From Gammaproteobacteria bacterium (GTDB lineage Bacteria > Pseudomonadota > Gammaproteobacteria > Eutrophobiales > Eutrophobiaceae), in the NCBI GenBank assembly GCA_021773245.1, contig JAJFKK010000124.1, positions 31,336 to 95,335 of the forward strand: 64,000 nucleotides of DNA. Direction: 5' to 3'. Of the stretch, positions 33,164 to 42,211 are shown piece by piece. The notes under the pieces were generated by a model, which saw only the letters and a program-made list of their open reading frames with translations, searched no databases and was not told the DNA's origin. The position numbers were made by a program, and so were the translations under genes. How positions within the stretch are numbered: the stretch's first letter is position 1; every line of letters starts with the position of its first letter.

Positions 33164-33239
33164 GGGCCGTTAGCTCAGCCGGTAGAGCAGTGGATTTTTA
33201 ATCCATTGGTCGGGCGTTCGAATCGCCCACGGCCCACCA
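33164..33239 (+). tRNA. tRNA-Lys (anticodon TTT)
   Basis: GGGCCGT/ACGGCCC acceptor stem, GCTC/GAGC D stem, GTGGA-TTTTTAA-TCCAT anticodon arm, GGGCG-TTCGAAT-CGCCC T arm, encoded CCA; 76 nt. Confidence 0.95.
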
Positions 33240-33251
33240 TTTTCTAGATCA

Positions 33252-34334
33252 TTAATTTTTCTTAGAGTTTGAAGGATATAACAATTTCTTAGCATGGATA
33301 AGCTTTCCTGTCTGAGCTGCATTATAGCCGGGCAATTTATTGATTTTATTTTGAAGCTTATTATCTTTGATTATGGCTCGAATTTTATTTTTAAGCTCTT
33401 CAGGCAAAGATTTATTCAAAGCAATAACGTAGGTTTCGTGAATTAACGGCAAGAATGAAAGTTTAAATTGATTAGCTGCGGCTTTTAGCCCAAACCCGAC
33501 ATCAGCTTGACCGCTTGAGATCATTGCCGCTACTGCGGTGTGAGTGAACTCTTCTTTTTTATAGCCATTAATCTTATTTTTGTTGATTCCTTCTGATTTA
33601 ATTAATTGATCGAAAATTGCGCGAGTACCTGAGCCTTGTTGTCGGTTTATAAATTTGATCGCGCGACGTGTGATGCCGGTTAGCTCTTTTAGATGTTTAG
33701 ACAGAGCAGGTTTGAAGATTAGCCCTTGTTGTCTTGTTGCGAGATGGATGTATAGGTGTTTTGTATCATCAAGCAATGGCAGGTATTCAGGCGCTAATTG
33801 TTTCGCAAGGCTGGCATCTGGAAAATGAAAACCGACAATATTATATTTAGAAAACTGTAGTTGCTTAAGGGCATCAAGACTGCCACGCGCATTGAAGTCT
33901 ATCTCCAGGTTTTCTTCTTCACATAAGTCCTGTAAAAAGTTAATAGATAAATCATGACTAGTAAATGCAGTGATTTTTTCCTTTTTATTACTTTGTCCTA
34001 ATAACGTATCAATTTCGATATTTAGTTTATCAGCGCTAGCGTGTAAGGCATCAGCATAGTTCGAATCAATCGCAAGTTTTGTTTGTATTAGTTTTTGACC
34101 TAATGGCGTCAAGCTGGTGCCTTTACCCCTCGCCAAAGTACATAACGGAGTATTAAACGCGTCGTTCCAGTGGCGGATGATTTCCCAAGCTGTGCGGTAA
34201 GAGATGCCGACATCAACAGCTGCTGCTTGTAATGAAGCAGTTAGATTAATGCTTGCTAATAGATCTAATAATCGCGGATCTAACTCTTGTTCTGAATCAG
34301 AAATTAGCCAGCGCACGTCAAAGTCGATCTTCAT
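33252..34334 (-). CDS. ModE-type HTH plus PBP-like oxyanion-binding domain regulator (FdsR-like architecture)
   Basis: SLQAAA..VGISYRTAW HTH; RQQGL, FINRQQGSGTR, EEFTHTAVA, ADVGFG. Confidence 0.85.
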   Translation of the reverse strand: MKIDFDVRWLISDSEQELDPRLLDLLASINLTASLQAAAVDVGISYRTAWEIIRHWNDAFNTPLCTLARGKGTSLTPLGQKLIQTKLAIDSNYADALHASADKLNIEIDTLLGQSNKKEKITAFTSHDLSINFLQDLCEEENLEIDFNARGSLDALKQLQFSKYNIVGFHFPDASLAKQLAPEYLPLLDDTKHLYIHLATRQQGLIFKPALSKHLKELTGITRRAIKFINRQQGSGTRAIFDQLIKSEGINKNKINGYKKEEFTHTAVAAMISSGQADVGFGLKAAANQFKLSFLPLIHETYVIALNKSLPEELKNKIRAIIKDNKLQNKINKLPGYNAAQTGKLIHAKKLLYPSNSKKN

Positions 34335-34336
34335 TT

Positions 34337-34423
34337 ATATGCAATATCCTTCATATTTAGTTTTAAAATATTAACGCTAATATAGAGAATAATAAAACAA
34401 TATATATGTAATATATTGCATAT
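34337..34423. promoter_or_regulatory. Two ATATG-N10-CATAT operator-like palindromes
   Basis: ATATGCAATATCCTTCATAT (34337-34356) and ATATGTAATATATTGCATAT (34404-34423) in the divergent intergenic region. Confidence 0.55.
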
Positions 34424-34448
34424 ATTTAGGTGATTGAGGATTTTTAAA

Positions 34449-35834
34449 ATGAAAAAATTAAGATTTGTTACTTTGCTCTTATCGATAATTGCGATTTTAT
34501 CAACGTCAGTAGCCCATGCTGGAACCAATCAAGCATTGGTAGAATTGTTAAAGGCATTAGAAGAAAACGGAACGATAAGTAAAGATGTTTATGAATTGGT
34601 TGTTGAAGTTGCCAATCAGGGAGAAACAAATCAAGCAAAAGCTATTGTAGCAAAAGAAGATGTGAAGAAGATGATTCAGGAAGAAGTGAAAGTTGTTGCA
34701 AAGAAACAGGCTAAAGATCAGCCAAAAATAACAATGAAGGATAAGTTTGTTGTTGAATCGGGTGACGGTGATTTCAGTTTACGTGTCGGAGGCCGAATAC
34801 AAGCCGACGCAGCAGCTTATTCAGAAGATATTCGTCGGCAAAATGATGGAACAGAAATGCGAAGAGCGCGTTTATTTGTACAGGGAAAATTTTGGGATGC
34901 CTGGAAATATAAGTTGCAATATGATTTTGTAAATACAGGTAGCGCCGGAATTGCAGATGCCTATCTTCAATATGCCGGAATGCCTTGGAAAGTTACGGTA
35001 GGCCATTTCAAACAGCCTTTCAGTTTGCAAAACATGACTAGCTCAAAATACATAACCTTTACAGAACGTGGTTTGCCACATTTGTTTACACCTGGACGTG
35101 CAATAGGTGTCGGCGCTGGCCGTAGTGGAAACAATTGGAGCTTGAACGCCGGTATATTTGGTGAAGGGATTGACGCAGCTAGCGGTGATGAAGATGAAGG
35201 CTTCGCGTTGACGGGTCGTGCAAGCTATGCACCGATATTAAATAAACAACAGCATTTACATCTTGGTTCATCACTTTCTTATCGCAATAGTGGCTCAAAC
35301 GATACTCTTACTTTTCGTGACCGCCCAGAATCACATGTGACTAATGTGCGTGAAGTTAATACCGGTTCGATCAATGCGGATTCAAATTTACGTGCTGTAG
35401 CTGAGCTTGCATACACGTATGGACCATTTTCGTTGCAAGGTGAATATTATTATGTCGATATAGATCGAGATTCAGCGACACTCTCTGATCTAGATTTTTC
35501 AGGTTATTACGCTGAAGGTAGCTGGTTTTTAACCGATGACATGCGTAATTACAGTGGTAGAAAAGGTTCATATGGAAAAATCAAACCAGGATCAGTTGTA
35601 GGAAAAGGCGGTTTAGGGGCATGGCAATTGGCAATGCGTTTTAGCAGCGTTGATTTAAATGACGCAGACATAGCAGGGGGTGAAGAACAAAATTTTAGTT
35701 TGGGCATGAATTGGTTTGCTACAAATAATATTCGTATGAGTGCTAACTATGTCAAAGTGCTAGATGTTAAAGGTGGTGCCGGTGATGGTGATGAGCCAGA
35801 AGCTTTTCAGGTACGCGCTCAAGCTGAATTCTAG
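34449..35834 (+). CDS. OprO/OprP-family anion-selective porin
   Basis: Signal peptide, GGRIQAD, RRARL, GHFKQPFSL, FTER, LQGEY, C-terminal F; SD GAGGA before ATG 34449. Confidence 0.88.
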   Translation: MKKLRFVTLLLSIIAILSTSVAHAGTNQALVELLKALEENGTISKDVYELVVEVANQGETNQAKAIVAKEDVKKMIQEEVKVVAKKQAKDQPKITMKDKFVVESGDGDFSLRVGGRIQADAAAYSEDIRRQNDGTEMRRARLFVQGKFWDAWKYKLQYDFVNTGSAGIADAYLQYAGMPWKVTVGHFKQPFSLQNMTSSKYITFTERGLPHLFTPGRAIGVGAGRSGNNWSLNAGIFGEGIDAASGDEDEGFALTGRASYAPILNKQQHLHLGSSLSYRNSGSNDTLTFRDRPESHVTNVREVNTGSINADSNLRAVAELAYTYGPFSLQGEYYYVDIDRDSATLSDLDFSGYYAEGSWFLTDDMRNYSGRKGSYGKIKPGSVVGKGGLGAWQLAMRFSSVDLNDADIAGGEEQNFSLGMNWFATNNIRMSANYVKVLDVKGGAGDGDEPEAFQVRAQAEF

Positions 35835-35869
35835 TTTTAGTAAATAATGAGAATCAAAGGAATATATAA

Positions 35870-36679
35870 ATGAAAAGTTTTTTATCATCAAGTTTGTTAA
35901 TCTTGTTGTTAGGTGTTTCTTTCCAGTCAGTTGCGGAAGTGGAACGATTAAAAATGGCAACAACGACCAGCACAGATAACTCAGGTTTGTTAGCGGTTTT
36001 AAATCCACCGTTTGAAAAAAAATATGATGTTAAATTAGATATTATTTCTGTAGGAACAGGCAAAGCAATACGGCTCGGTAAAAATGGGGATGTAGACTTT
36101 ATTCTCGTTCATGCGCCGGGAGCAGAAAAGGAATTTGTTGATGAAGGTTATGGCGTTGAGCGTGAACCTGTTATGCATAATGATTTTGTTATTGTTGGTC
36201 CTGCAAATGATCCAGTTGATTTAAAAAGTGCTAAGAATATTACTGATGCAATGAAGAAGTTATTGGAAAAAGAAGCTATCTTTGTCTCGAGGGGTGATGA
36301 TTCAGGCACGCATAAAAAAGAAAAAAATCTTTGGAGCAAGGTAGGAGGTGAACCTTCAGGTGTGTGGTATCTGGCTGTTGGTCAAGGTATGGGAGTTGTA
36401 TTAAGAATTGCTGATGATAAAGAAGCTTATACATTGACAGATAGAGGTACTTATTTAGCATACAAAGATAAAATGAAACTGAAAGTGTTATATGGAAATG
36501 ATGAAGCGTTATTCAATCCTTATCATGTGATTATGGTGAACCCAGAAAAACATCCGCATACAAAAATTGATCTGGCTAGAAAATATTCAGAATTTATTCG
36601 TGGTGAAGAAGGGCAAGCGTTAATACAAAATTTTAAAGTAAATGGTGAGTTGTTATTTCATCCAGACGTAATCAAATAA
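35870..36679 (+). CDS. tupA: Tungstate ABC transporter substrate-binding protein
   Basis: ATTTSTDNSGLL (TTTS motif), VGTGKA, FVSRGDDSGTH, YTLTDRGT, LFNPYHVI. Confidence 0.88.
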   Translation: MKSFLSSSLLILLLGVSFQSVAEVERLKMATTTSTDNSGLLAVLNPPFEKKYDVKLDIISVGTGKAIRLGKNGDVDFILVHAPGAEKEFVDEGYGVEREPVMHNDFVIVGPANDPVDLKSAKNITDAMKKLLEKEAIFVSRGDDSGTHKKEKNLWSKVGGEPSGVWYLAVGQGMGVVLRIADDKEAYTLTDRGTYLAYKDKMKLKVLYGNDEALFNPYHVIMVNPEKHPHTKIDLARKYSEFIRGEEGQALIQNFKVNGELLFHPDVIK

Positions 36680-36818
36680 GCTCATCGCACAATTGTTATT
36701 TTGTCCTCTGGTGTCGTTAAAACTGTACTCAATCGGTCACTTATATGCATAAGCTCCCTCTCTCCGTGCAGTTTTGCCTAACCAGTGAACAAAATTCCTG
36801 CTTGTGCAAAGACCTTAT
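36676..36818. mobile_element. Palindromic MITE/RPE-like element after tupA
   Basis: Imperfect terminal IR ATAAGCTCATCGCACAA / TTGTGCAAAGACCTTAT with nested stems; minus strand shares the core of the 22831-22976 element. Confidence 0.65.
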
Positions 36819-36834
36819 GCAATTTTAAAAATGC

Positions 36835-37710
36835 TTACTTGATCTTCTTTTGTATTTTTACGAAATAAAATATTGTAAATAGAAAAATAATAATGAAGCT
36901 AATCCAGCCAAATGTTGAATTATATTGGCTGACTAAATAATCATAAGTGCCACCATAGGTTCTATTGGTGGTGTAGTCAGAAATTTTTATCAGCATAACA
37001 ATGCCGGCATGTACCCCAATGCAGGCAGAGATGCTTTTATGCTTTAAGCGGAGCAACGCTAGTAACACACCAAAGATAAACAGTGTTGAAAAATAATCAA
37101 TGATAGACCATTCGTGAAAACGGCGGAATGCCTCTGGCATCATTGTTAGTCCGGTAGTCCAGCCTATTTCACTGTCAGCAGGAATATCGCGATAACGAAT
37201 AAAATGTACTGCCGCATAGACTAAGCTTGAAAAGAAAGTAGCTATGACGGCACCTGTTTCTTTATATAAACCAGTAAACAACGCGCCGCGGAATATAGAC
37301 TCTTCGATAGTCGCAATTAAAACGCCAACAATAATAGCCTTGGTTATTAGTAGTAGAATCGAATCTATAGAGTAATTACGAGTAGTGTCTATTTCATGTA
37401 TGCCAAGTAAAAAAAGTACTATTTCGATCAATAGCATAATACTCAAGCCGTAAACAAAGCCATTAAACATACCTTTTAAAAAAGTAATAAACTTTTCGTT
37501 ATAACCGAATGCTTTAAATGAAAGTAAGTTATAAAGTTGTAAATAAATGCCGCTGATAACCAAGCCGCTAATTAAAGTTGCGTAAGTCAGGTATTTACGA
37601 AAAGCGAGTTCAAGTACTGGATCGAGTAATAGTTTTAAAGGGTAGGCTAATACCGCACCAACAATAAAGGCGAGTACGATGAATAAGCAAAAAACGATTA
37701 TGGCGCGCAT
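36835..37710 (-). CDS. CPBP (Abi/CAAX) intramembrane glutamic endopeptidase
   Basis: EESIFRG, YAAVH, IGVHAG. Confidence 0.88.
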   Translation of the reverse strand: MRAIIVFCLFIVLAFIVGAVLAYPLKLLLDPVLELAFRKYLTYATLISGLVISGIYLQLYNLLSFKAFGYNEKFITFLKGMFNGFVYGLSIMLLIEIVLFLLGIHEIDTTRNYSIDSILLLITKAIIVGVLIATIEESIFRGALFTGLYKETGAVIATFFSSLVYAAVHFIRYRDIPADSEIGWTTGLTMMPEAFRRFHEWSIIDYFSTLFIFGVLLALLRLKHKSISACIGVHAGIVMLIKISDYTTNRTYGGTYDYLVSQYNSTFGWISFIIIFLFTIFYFVKIQKKIK

Positions 37711-37734
37711 GAGGTTGTTTCTGGATAATTGAGA

Positions 37735-38049
37735 CTAATTAATTAATGTCTCGAATTTATCAGTCTTATCTTGAGTGTCAAGCCAGCTAAGCTCTAGTTT
37801 GTCTCCAGCTTTTGCTCCTGCAAACATGAATGAAAGGTAAGGGTTTTTAGAAACAGCTCGGCTCCAATCACAAGAAAATACGATTTGATCATTATGTTTT
37901 ACTGTAACAAGTTTAATGAAATGTGCAGGGACAAGATTTCCGCTATCTATGTCAACTCTGAAACCCGTTTCCATCGGGTGGCGTATAATCGCGCGTACCG
38001 TAGTAATATTATTCCTGGTTTTAGTTTTTAAACGAATCGAAGAAGACAT
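37735..38049 (-). CDS. soxZ: SoxZ sulfur carrier partner
   Basis: HPMETGFR, PAHFI, AVSKNPY, GAKAGD, WLD. Confidence 0.9.
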   Translation of the reverse strand: MSSSIRLKTKTRNNITTVRAIIRHPMETGFRVDIDSGNLVPAHFIKLVTVKHNDQIVFSCDWSRAVSKNPYLSFMFAGAKAGDKLELSWLDTQDKTDKFETLIN

Positions 38050-38498
38050 TATCCGCAGCCTCCCTCGTGAACTTCAACGAATGTTTTTGTTGAAAAAAAC
38101 TTTCCATTTGATTTTACGATAACAATGATGTCTGAGGGTTGTTCCATTTTTATTCGCGTAGAGACAAAGCCAACACAACCAGGGGAAAGATCAAAGTTTG
38201 CAATTAATGGCGTTGGGTTTTTATCAACAAAAATCGTAATAGATTCAAGATTGGATAAATTAGTATTTATTTTTAGTGGTACGACAGCCCCATTTTCGAC
38301 TTCAGGGTGTACGCCTATTTTAATCTGATCGGTTTCTTCAAATTGTTGTTCTGGAAAGTAACTATTAATAGCATGGTTATAATCGGTGGCATCAAATGCC
38401 TCTTGGTTCCATTTTGCCAAAGCAGATAGCGGCTTAAGCAAGCCAAATAATAAGGTTGAACCAGATGCAAGGTACTGAAGGAGTTCTCTACGTAACAT
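38049..38498 (-). CDS. soxY: SoxY sulfur carrier
   Basis: Tat-like RRELL, ENGAVVP, KNPTPL, TRIKM, C-terminal GGCG. Confidence 0.88.
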   Translation of the reverse strand: MLRRELLQYLASGSTLLFGLLKPLSALAKWNQEAFDATDYNHAINSYFPEQQFEETDQIKIGVHPEVENGAVVPLKINTNLSNLESITIFVDKNPTPLIANFDLSPGCVGFVSTRIKMEQPSDIIVIVKSNGKFFSTKTFVEVHEGGCG

Positions 38499-38499
38499 T

Positions 38500-39996
38500 T
38501 TATAAGTTTAGGTTTTCTTCTAGTTCCAGTTCGTACTCAAATTCAGCCAGACGTGCTGTTGCACGTTGTTCTTGATAATAATCGAGTTTGTATTGTTGTT
38601 TTATGAATTTAAGCTTATCGATAGCAAGTTTGGTATTGGCAGCAAGAAAATAATATTCGGCTTGTATAAAAGCTGTTTCAATTTCATTGCCCAGCATAGC
38701 TTCCGCCTGACCCAATAAAGAATATGTATTTAAATCATGAGAATAATGGCGTTCATAATTTTTTAATATATCTCTTGCTTCCTTTGCTTTTTTTACATCA
38801 AGTAGGGCACGGCTATATGCCTTAATGACAGGTTTGTAGTCAGGGAATAATTGGTAAGCTTTTTTGAAAATGGTAAAAGCAGCATCATAATTTGATTGTT
38901 TGGTTTGTAATTTAGCTGCTAATAAAAGATAAGCGATATTATCAGTGTCATCTTTTAATAAATAATCAATTTGTTGTTTTGCACGAACATAATCGCTATC
39001 AATAATATAGGCATAAGCTAAACCATAACGAATCGGTAACTTATCTTTTGCTGTGCCTGTATTTTTATTAAGTTCTCCGCGTAGATGGTTTGCCGCTTCT
39101 TTTCCGGTTTTGAATGAACCGACGAGTAATTTGTAACGAATTAATTCATAAGAGTGAGTATTCTCATAAACTTTCTCCGGATATTCTTCTGCACGAGCGA
39201 TTGAGTCCGAAATACGAGATGTCGTTAACGGGTGCGAGCGCAAAAATTCTGGTGCAGCGCTTTGAGAGTATCGAGAAATACGCTGTAATGTTTCAAAAAA
39301 TCCCGGCATACCGCGTGGGTTAAAATTAGCTCTTACTAGCGTTTGCATGCCGACGCGATCTGCTTCTTCTTCATTTGCGCGAGTAAAGTTAATCTGGTTT
39401 TGTGTGCTTAAACCTGTGACGCTTGCTAATGCTGCCGCACCCGCTTCAGGGTTGACGACTGCAACAAGAATAGCACCGACCATTGCTGCGGCTGTAGGTA
39501 TGCTAAGTAAACTTTGTTGTTCAAACTGGCGTGCGAGATGTCGTTGCGTAACGTGAGCGATTTCATGCGCCATTACTGCCGCTAATTCACTTTCGTTGCT
39601 TGAGTTGAGAATAACGCCACTATTAATGCCTATTACACCACCGGGGCCGGCAAATGCATTAATGGCGGTGTTGTTAACAACAAAAAAGGTGAATGACTGC
39701 TCTGCATTGTCACTATGAGAAGCAAGTTGATAACCGATAGATTGAATATATGACTCTACTTCTGGATCATTTACAACACGTTCAAACTGGCGAACCTGAT
39801 TTAGAAAAAGTTTTCCTAGTCGTCGTTCAAATTCTGGTGAGACGACACTCCCTGCGGAATCACCGAAATCGGGTAAATCATCTGTCGCCGCAGCGAAAGC
39901 CAGGATCGGTATTAGGATAAGAAAGGTGAACGTTGATTTTAAGTAACGTCGTTGTATTTTTATAAGAAATTGCATAAATCTAATATGGTGTTGCAT
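38500..39996 (-). CDS. bepA: M48 metalloprotease with TPRs (BepA/YfgC)
   Basis: LPDFGDSA, INAFAGPGG, HEIAHVTQRH, EEEADR, FLRSHP; start uncertain. Confidence 0.92.
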   Translation of the reverse strand: MQHHIRFMQFLIKIQRRYLKSTFTFLILIPILAFAAATDDLPDFGDSAGSVVSPEFERRLGKLFLNQVRQFERVVNDPEVESYIQSIGYQLASHSDNAEQSFTFFVVNNTAINAFAGPGGVIGINSGVILNSSNESELAAVMAHEIAHVTQRHLARQFEQQSLLSIPTAAAMVGAILVAVVNPEAGAAALASVTGLSTQNQINFTRANEEEADRVGMQTLVRANFNPRGMPGFFETLQRISRYSQSAAPEFLRSHPLTTSRISDSIARAEEYPEKVYENTHSYELIRYKLLVGSFKTGKEAANHLRGELNKNTGTAKDKLPIRYGLAYAYIIDSDYVRAKQQIDYLLKDDTDNIAYLLLAAKLQTKQSNYDAAFTIFKKAYQLFPDYKPVIKAYSRALLDVKKAKEARDILKNYERHYSHDLNTYSLLGQAEAMLGNEIETAFIQAEYYFLAANTKLAIDKLKFIKQQYKLDYYQEQRATARLAEFEYELELEENLNL

Positions 39997-40041
39997 CCTA
40001 TAGCAACATATTATCTCTCGTTTGCTTTATCATTACAGTTT

Positions 40042-40200
40042 ATACCCATGATACTTCGAAATGCAGGTTTATAGCACGCCTGTTTTCATCCAGAGCTGCG
40101 TTGCTCCTCCTTACAGGGAGCGGCCATGTGCGTCGTCTCGTCTAGCTCTGTATAAAAACAAACGCACTCTAAATCCAGCATTTCGAAGTATCATAGGTAT
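40042..40200. mobile_element. Palindromic MITE/RPE-like element between bepA and pfp
   Basis: Terminal IR ATACCCATGATACTTCGAAATGC / GCATTTCGAAGTATCATAGGTAT; reverse complement aligns end to end with 59250-59410. Confidence 0.8.
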
Positions 40201-40263
40201 CTCACAACAAATAGACCGTATTTATTGCGATTTGTTTAAAAATATATCAGGAGAATTAAGAAT

Positions 40264-41529
40264 ATGGCAGTGCCCAAGAATGCATTTTATGCTCAGTCTG
40301 GTGGAGTAACGGCTGTTATCAACGCTAGTGCCTGTGGTCTGATTGAGACAGCAAGAAAACATAGGGACAAGATCGCAAATGTTTATGCAGGTCGTAACGG
40401 TATTATTGGTGCATTAACCGAAGACTTAATTGATACGAACCTTGAATCAGAAGCAGATATTGCTGCGCTTCGTCATACGCCGTCCGGAGCATTTGGGTCT
40501 TGTCGTTACAAGCTTAAAGGTTTGGAAGAAAACAAGGCAGAATATGAGCGTTTGATTGAAGTTTTCAAAGCGCATGATATAGGCTATTTCTTTTATAACG
40601 GCGGCGGGGATTCAGCTGACACCTGCCATAAGATTTCTCAAATTTCAGAGAAAATGGGTTTCCCTATTCAAGCGGTTCATGTTCCTAAAACGGTAGATAA
40701 TGACTTACCGATCACCGATGTTTGCCCGGGTTTCGGTTCAGTTGCCAAATATATTGCGATATCCACTCGTGAAGCGTCATTCGATGTTTGTTCGATGGCA
40801 AAAACATCAACAAAAGTATTCGTGCTCGAAGTGATGGGTCGTCATGCTGGCTGGATTGCTGCCGCTGGTGGATTAGCAGCTGATGCCGACAATGATATTC
40901 CTGTCGTTATTCTTTTTCCTGAAGTGGAGTTTAATCAAGAAGCATTCATTGCAAAGGTCAAAGAAAAAATAGAACAATATGGTTATTGCTCTATTGTTGT
41001 TTCAGAAGGCGCCCATTGGTCTGATGGAAAATTTTTAGCTGAACAAGGTACGCGAGATGCATTTGGTCATGCTCAGTTAGGTGGTGCAGCGCCGGTAGTT
41101 GCTAATATGGTTAAGGATGCCTTGGGACATAAGTTTCATTGGGCAGTTGCAGATTATTTGCAACGGGCAGCCAGACATATCGCTTCAAAGACCGATGTTG
41201 AACAAGCATATGCGTTGGGAAAGGCCGCAGTTGAAATGGCAATAGCTGGAGAAAATGCGGTTATGCCAACGATTGATAGAAAATCAGACGTTCCTTATGT
41301 ATGGGAAATTGGTAAAGCAAAATTGGAAAACGTCGCCAATGTTGAAAAAATGATGCCTAAAGATTTTATTACCGAAGATGGTTTTGGTATTACTGAAGCG
41401 TGTCGTCGTTACCTTGCACCATTGATAGAAGGTGAAGACTATCCTCCTTATGAAAATGGTTTGCCTAAATATGTAACATTAAAAAATAATCCCGTAGATA
41501 AAATTCTAAATACAGCGTTTGAGCTTTAG
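40264..41529 (+). CDS. pfp: 6-phosphofructokinase, PPi-dependent type
   Basis: QSGG, NGGGDS (Asp at E. coli position 104), PKTVDND (Lys at 124), MGRHAGW. Confidence 0.85.
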   Translation: MAVPKNAFYAQSGGVTAVINASACGLIETARKHRDKIANVYAGRNGIIGALTEDLIDTNLESEADIAALRHTPSGAFGSCRYKLKGLEENKAEYERLIEVFKAHDIGYFFYNGGGDSADTCHKISQISEKMGFPIQAVHVPKTVDNDLPITDVCPGFGSVAKYIAISTREASFDVCSMAKTSTKVFVLEVMGRHAGWIAAAGGLAADADNDIPVVILFPEVEFNQEAFIAKVKEKIEQYGYCSIVVSEGAHWSDGKFLAEQGTRDAFGHAQLGGAAPVVANMVKDALGHKFHWAVADYLQRAARHIASKTDVEQAYALGKAAVEMAIAGENAVMPTIDRKSDVPYVWEIGKAKLENVANVEKMMPKDFITEDGFGITEACRRYLAPLIEGEDYPPYENGLPKYVTLKNNPVDKILNTAFEL

Positions 41530-41538
41530 GTTCATAAG

Positions 41539-42156
41539 ATGTCAGACAAGTTATATTATGCTTACGATCCAATGTGTAGCTGGTGTTATGCATTCAGGCC
41601 AACATTCAATACGCTAATAGAGAAATTACCAAAGCAGCTTGAGGTTATTTCTTTACTAGGTGGTTTAGCAGTGGATAGTGATAAGCCCATGCCTGAAGAA
41701 ACGCAAGCGTTTGTAAAAGCGAATTGGCAAAGAATTGAAGAGCAGGTTCCGGGAACAAAATTTAATTATGATTTCTGGAAACATTGCCAGCCACGAAGAA
41801 GTACTTATCCGGCATGTCGGGCGGTTATTGCGGCTCGGGAGCAAGGCGAAGAATATGATCTAGAAATGATCTATGCCATTCAACAAGCGTATTATTTACA
41901 AGCTCGAAACCCTTCCGATATTACAACGCTATGTGAATTAGCCGTTGAGATTGGTTTGGATAAAGATAAGTTCGCTAATGATATTCAGTCATTGGAAGTA
42001 GATGAGATGTTGCGACAAGAAATAAAGCAATCACGACGTTTAGGATTAAATAGCTTTCCAGGGTTTTTGCTGGAAACAGCAAATCAGAGCGTCAGAATTG
42101 ATCCTGATTATTTGACTATTGATGTTATGTTGGAAAAGATAAACCGATATTTTTAA
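41539..42156 (+). CDS. DsbA-family (thioredoxin fold) protein
   Basis: DPMCSWC, RSTYPACRA, SFP. Confidence 0.85.
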   Translation: MSDKLYYAYDPMCSWCYAFRPTFNTLIEKLPKQLEVISLLGGLAVDSDKPMPEETQAFVKANWQRIEEQVPGTKFNYDFWKHCQPRRSTYPACRAVIAAREQGEEYDLEMIYAIQQAYYLQARNPSDITTLCELAVEIGLDKDKFANDIQSLEVDEMLRQEIKQSRRLGLNSFPGFLLETANQSVRIDPDYLTIDVMLEKINRYF

Positions 42157-42211
42157 TCATTAGATATTTTCTGTAACCTCAATACACTTTAATTTAAGAT
42201 AATAAAAAATA

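Noticed and set aside
33220..36830. tRNA-integrated genomic island carrying the tungstate module
   Set aside because: No integrase and no duplicated tRNA 3' end seen downstream
40061..40309. 82-aa ORF spanning the 40 kb element
   Set aside because: Lies mostly within the palindromic repeat and overlaps pfp out of frame; no protein motif
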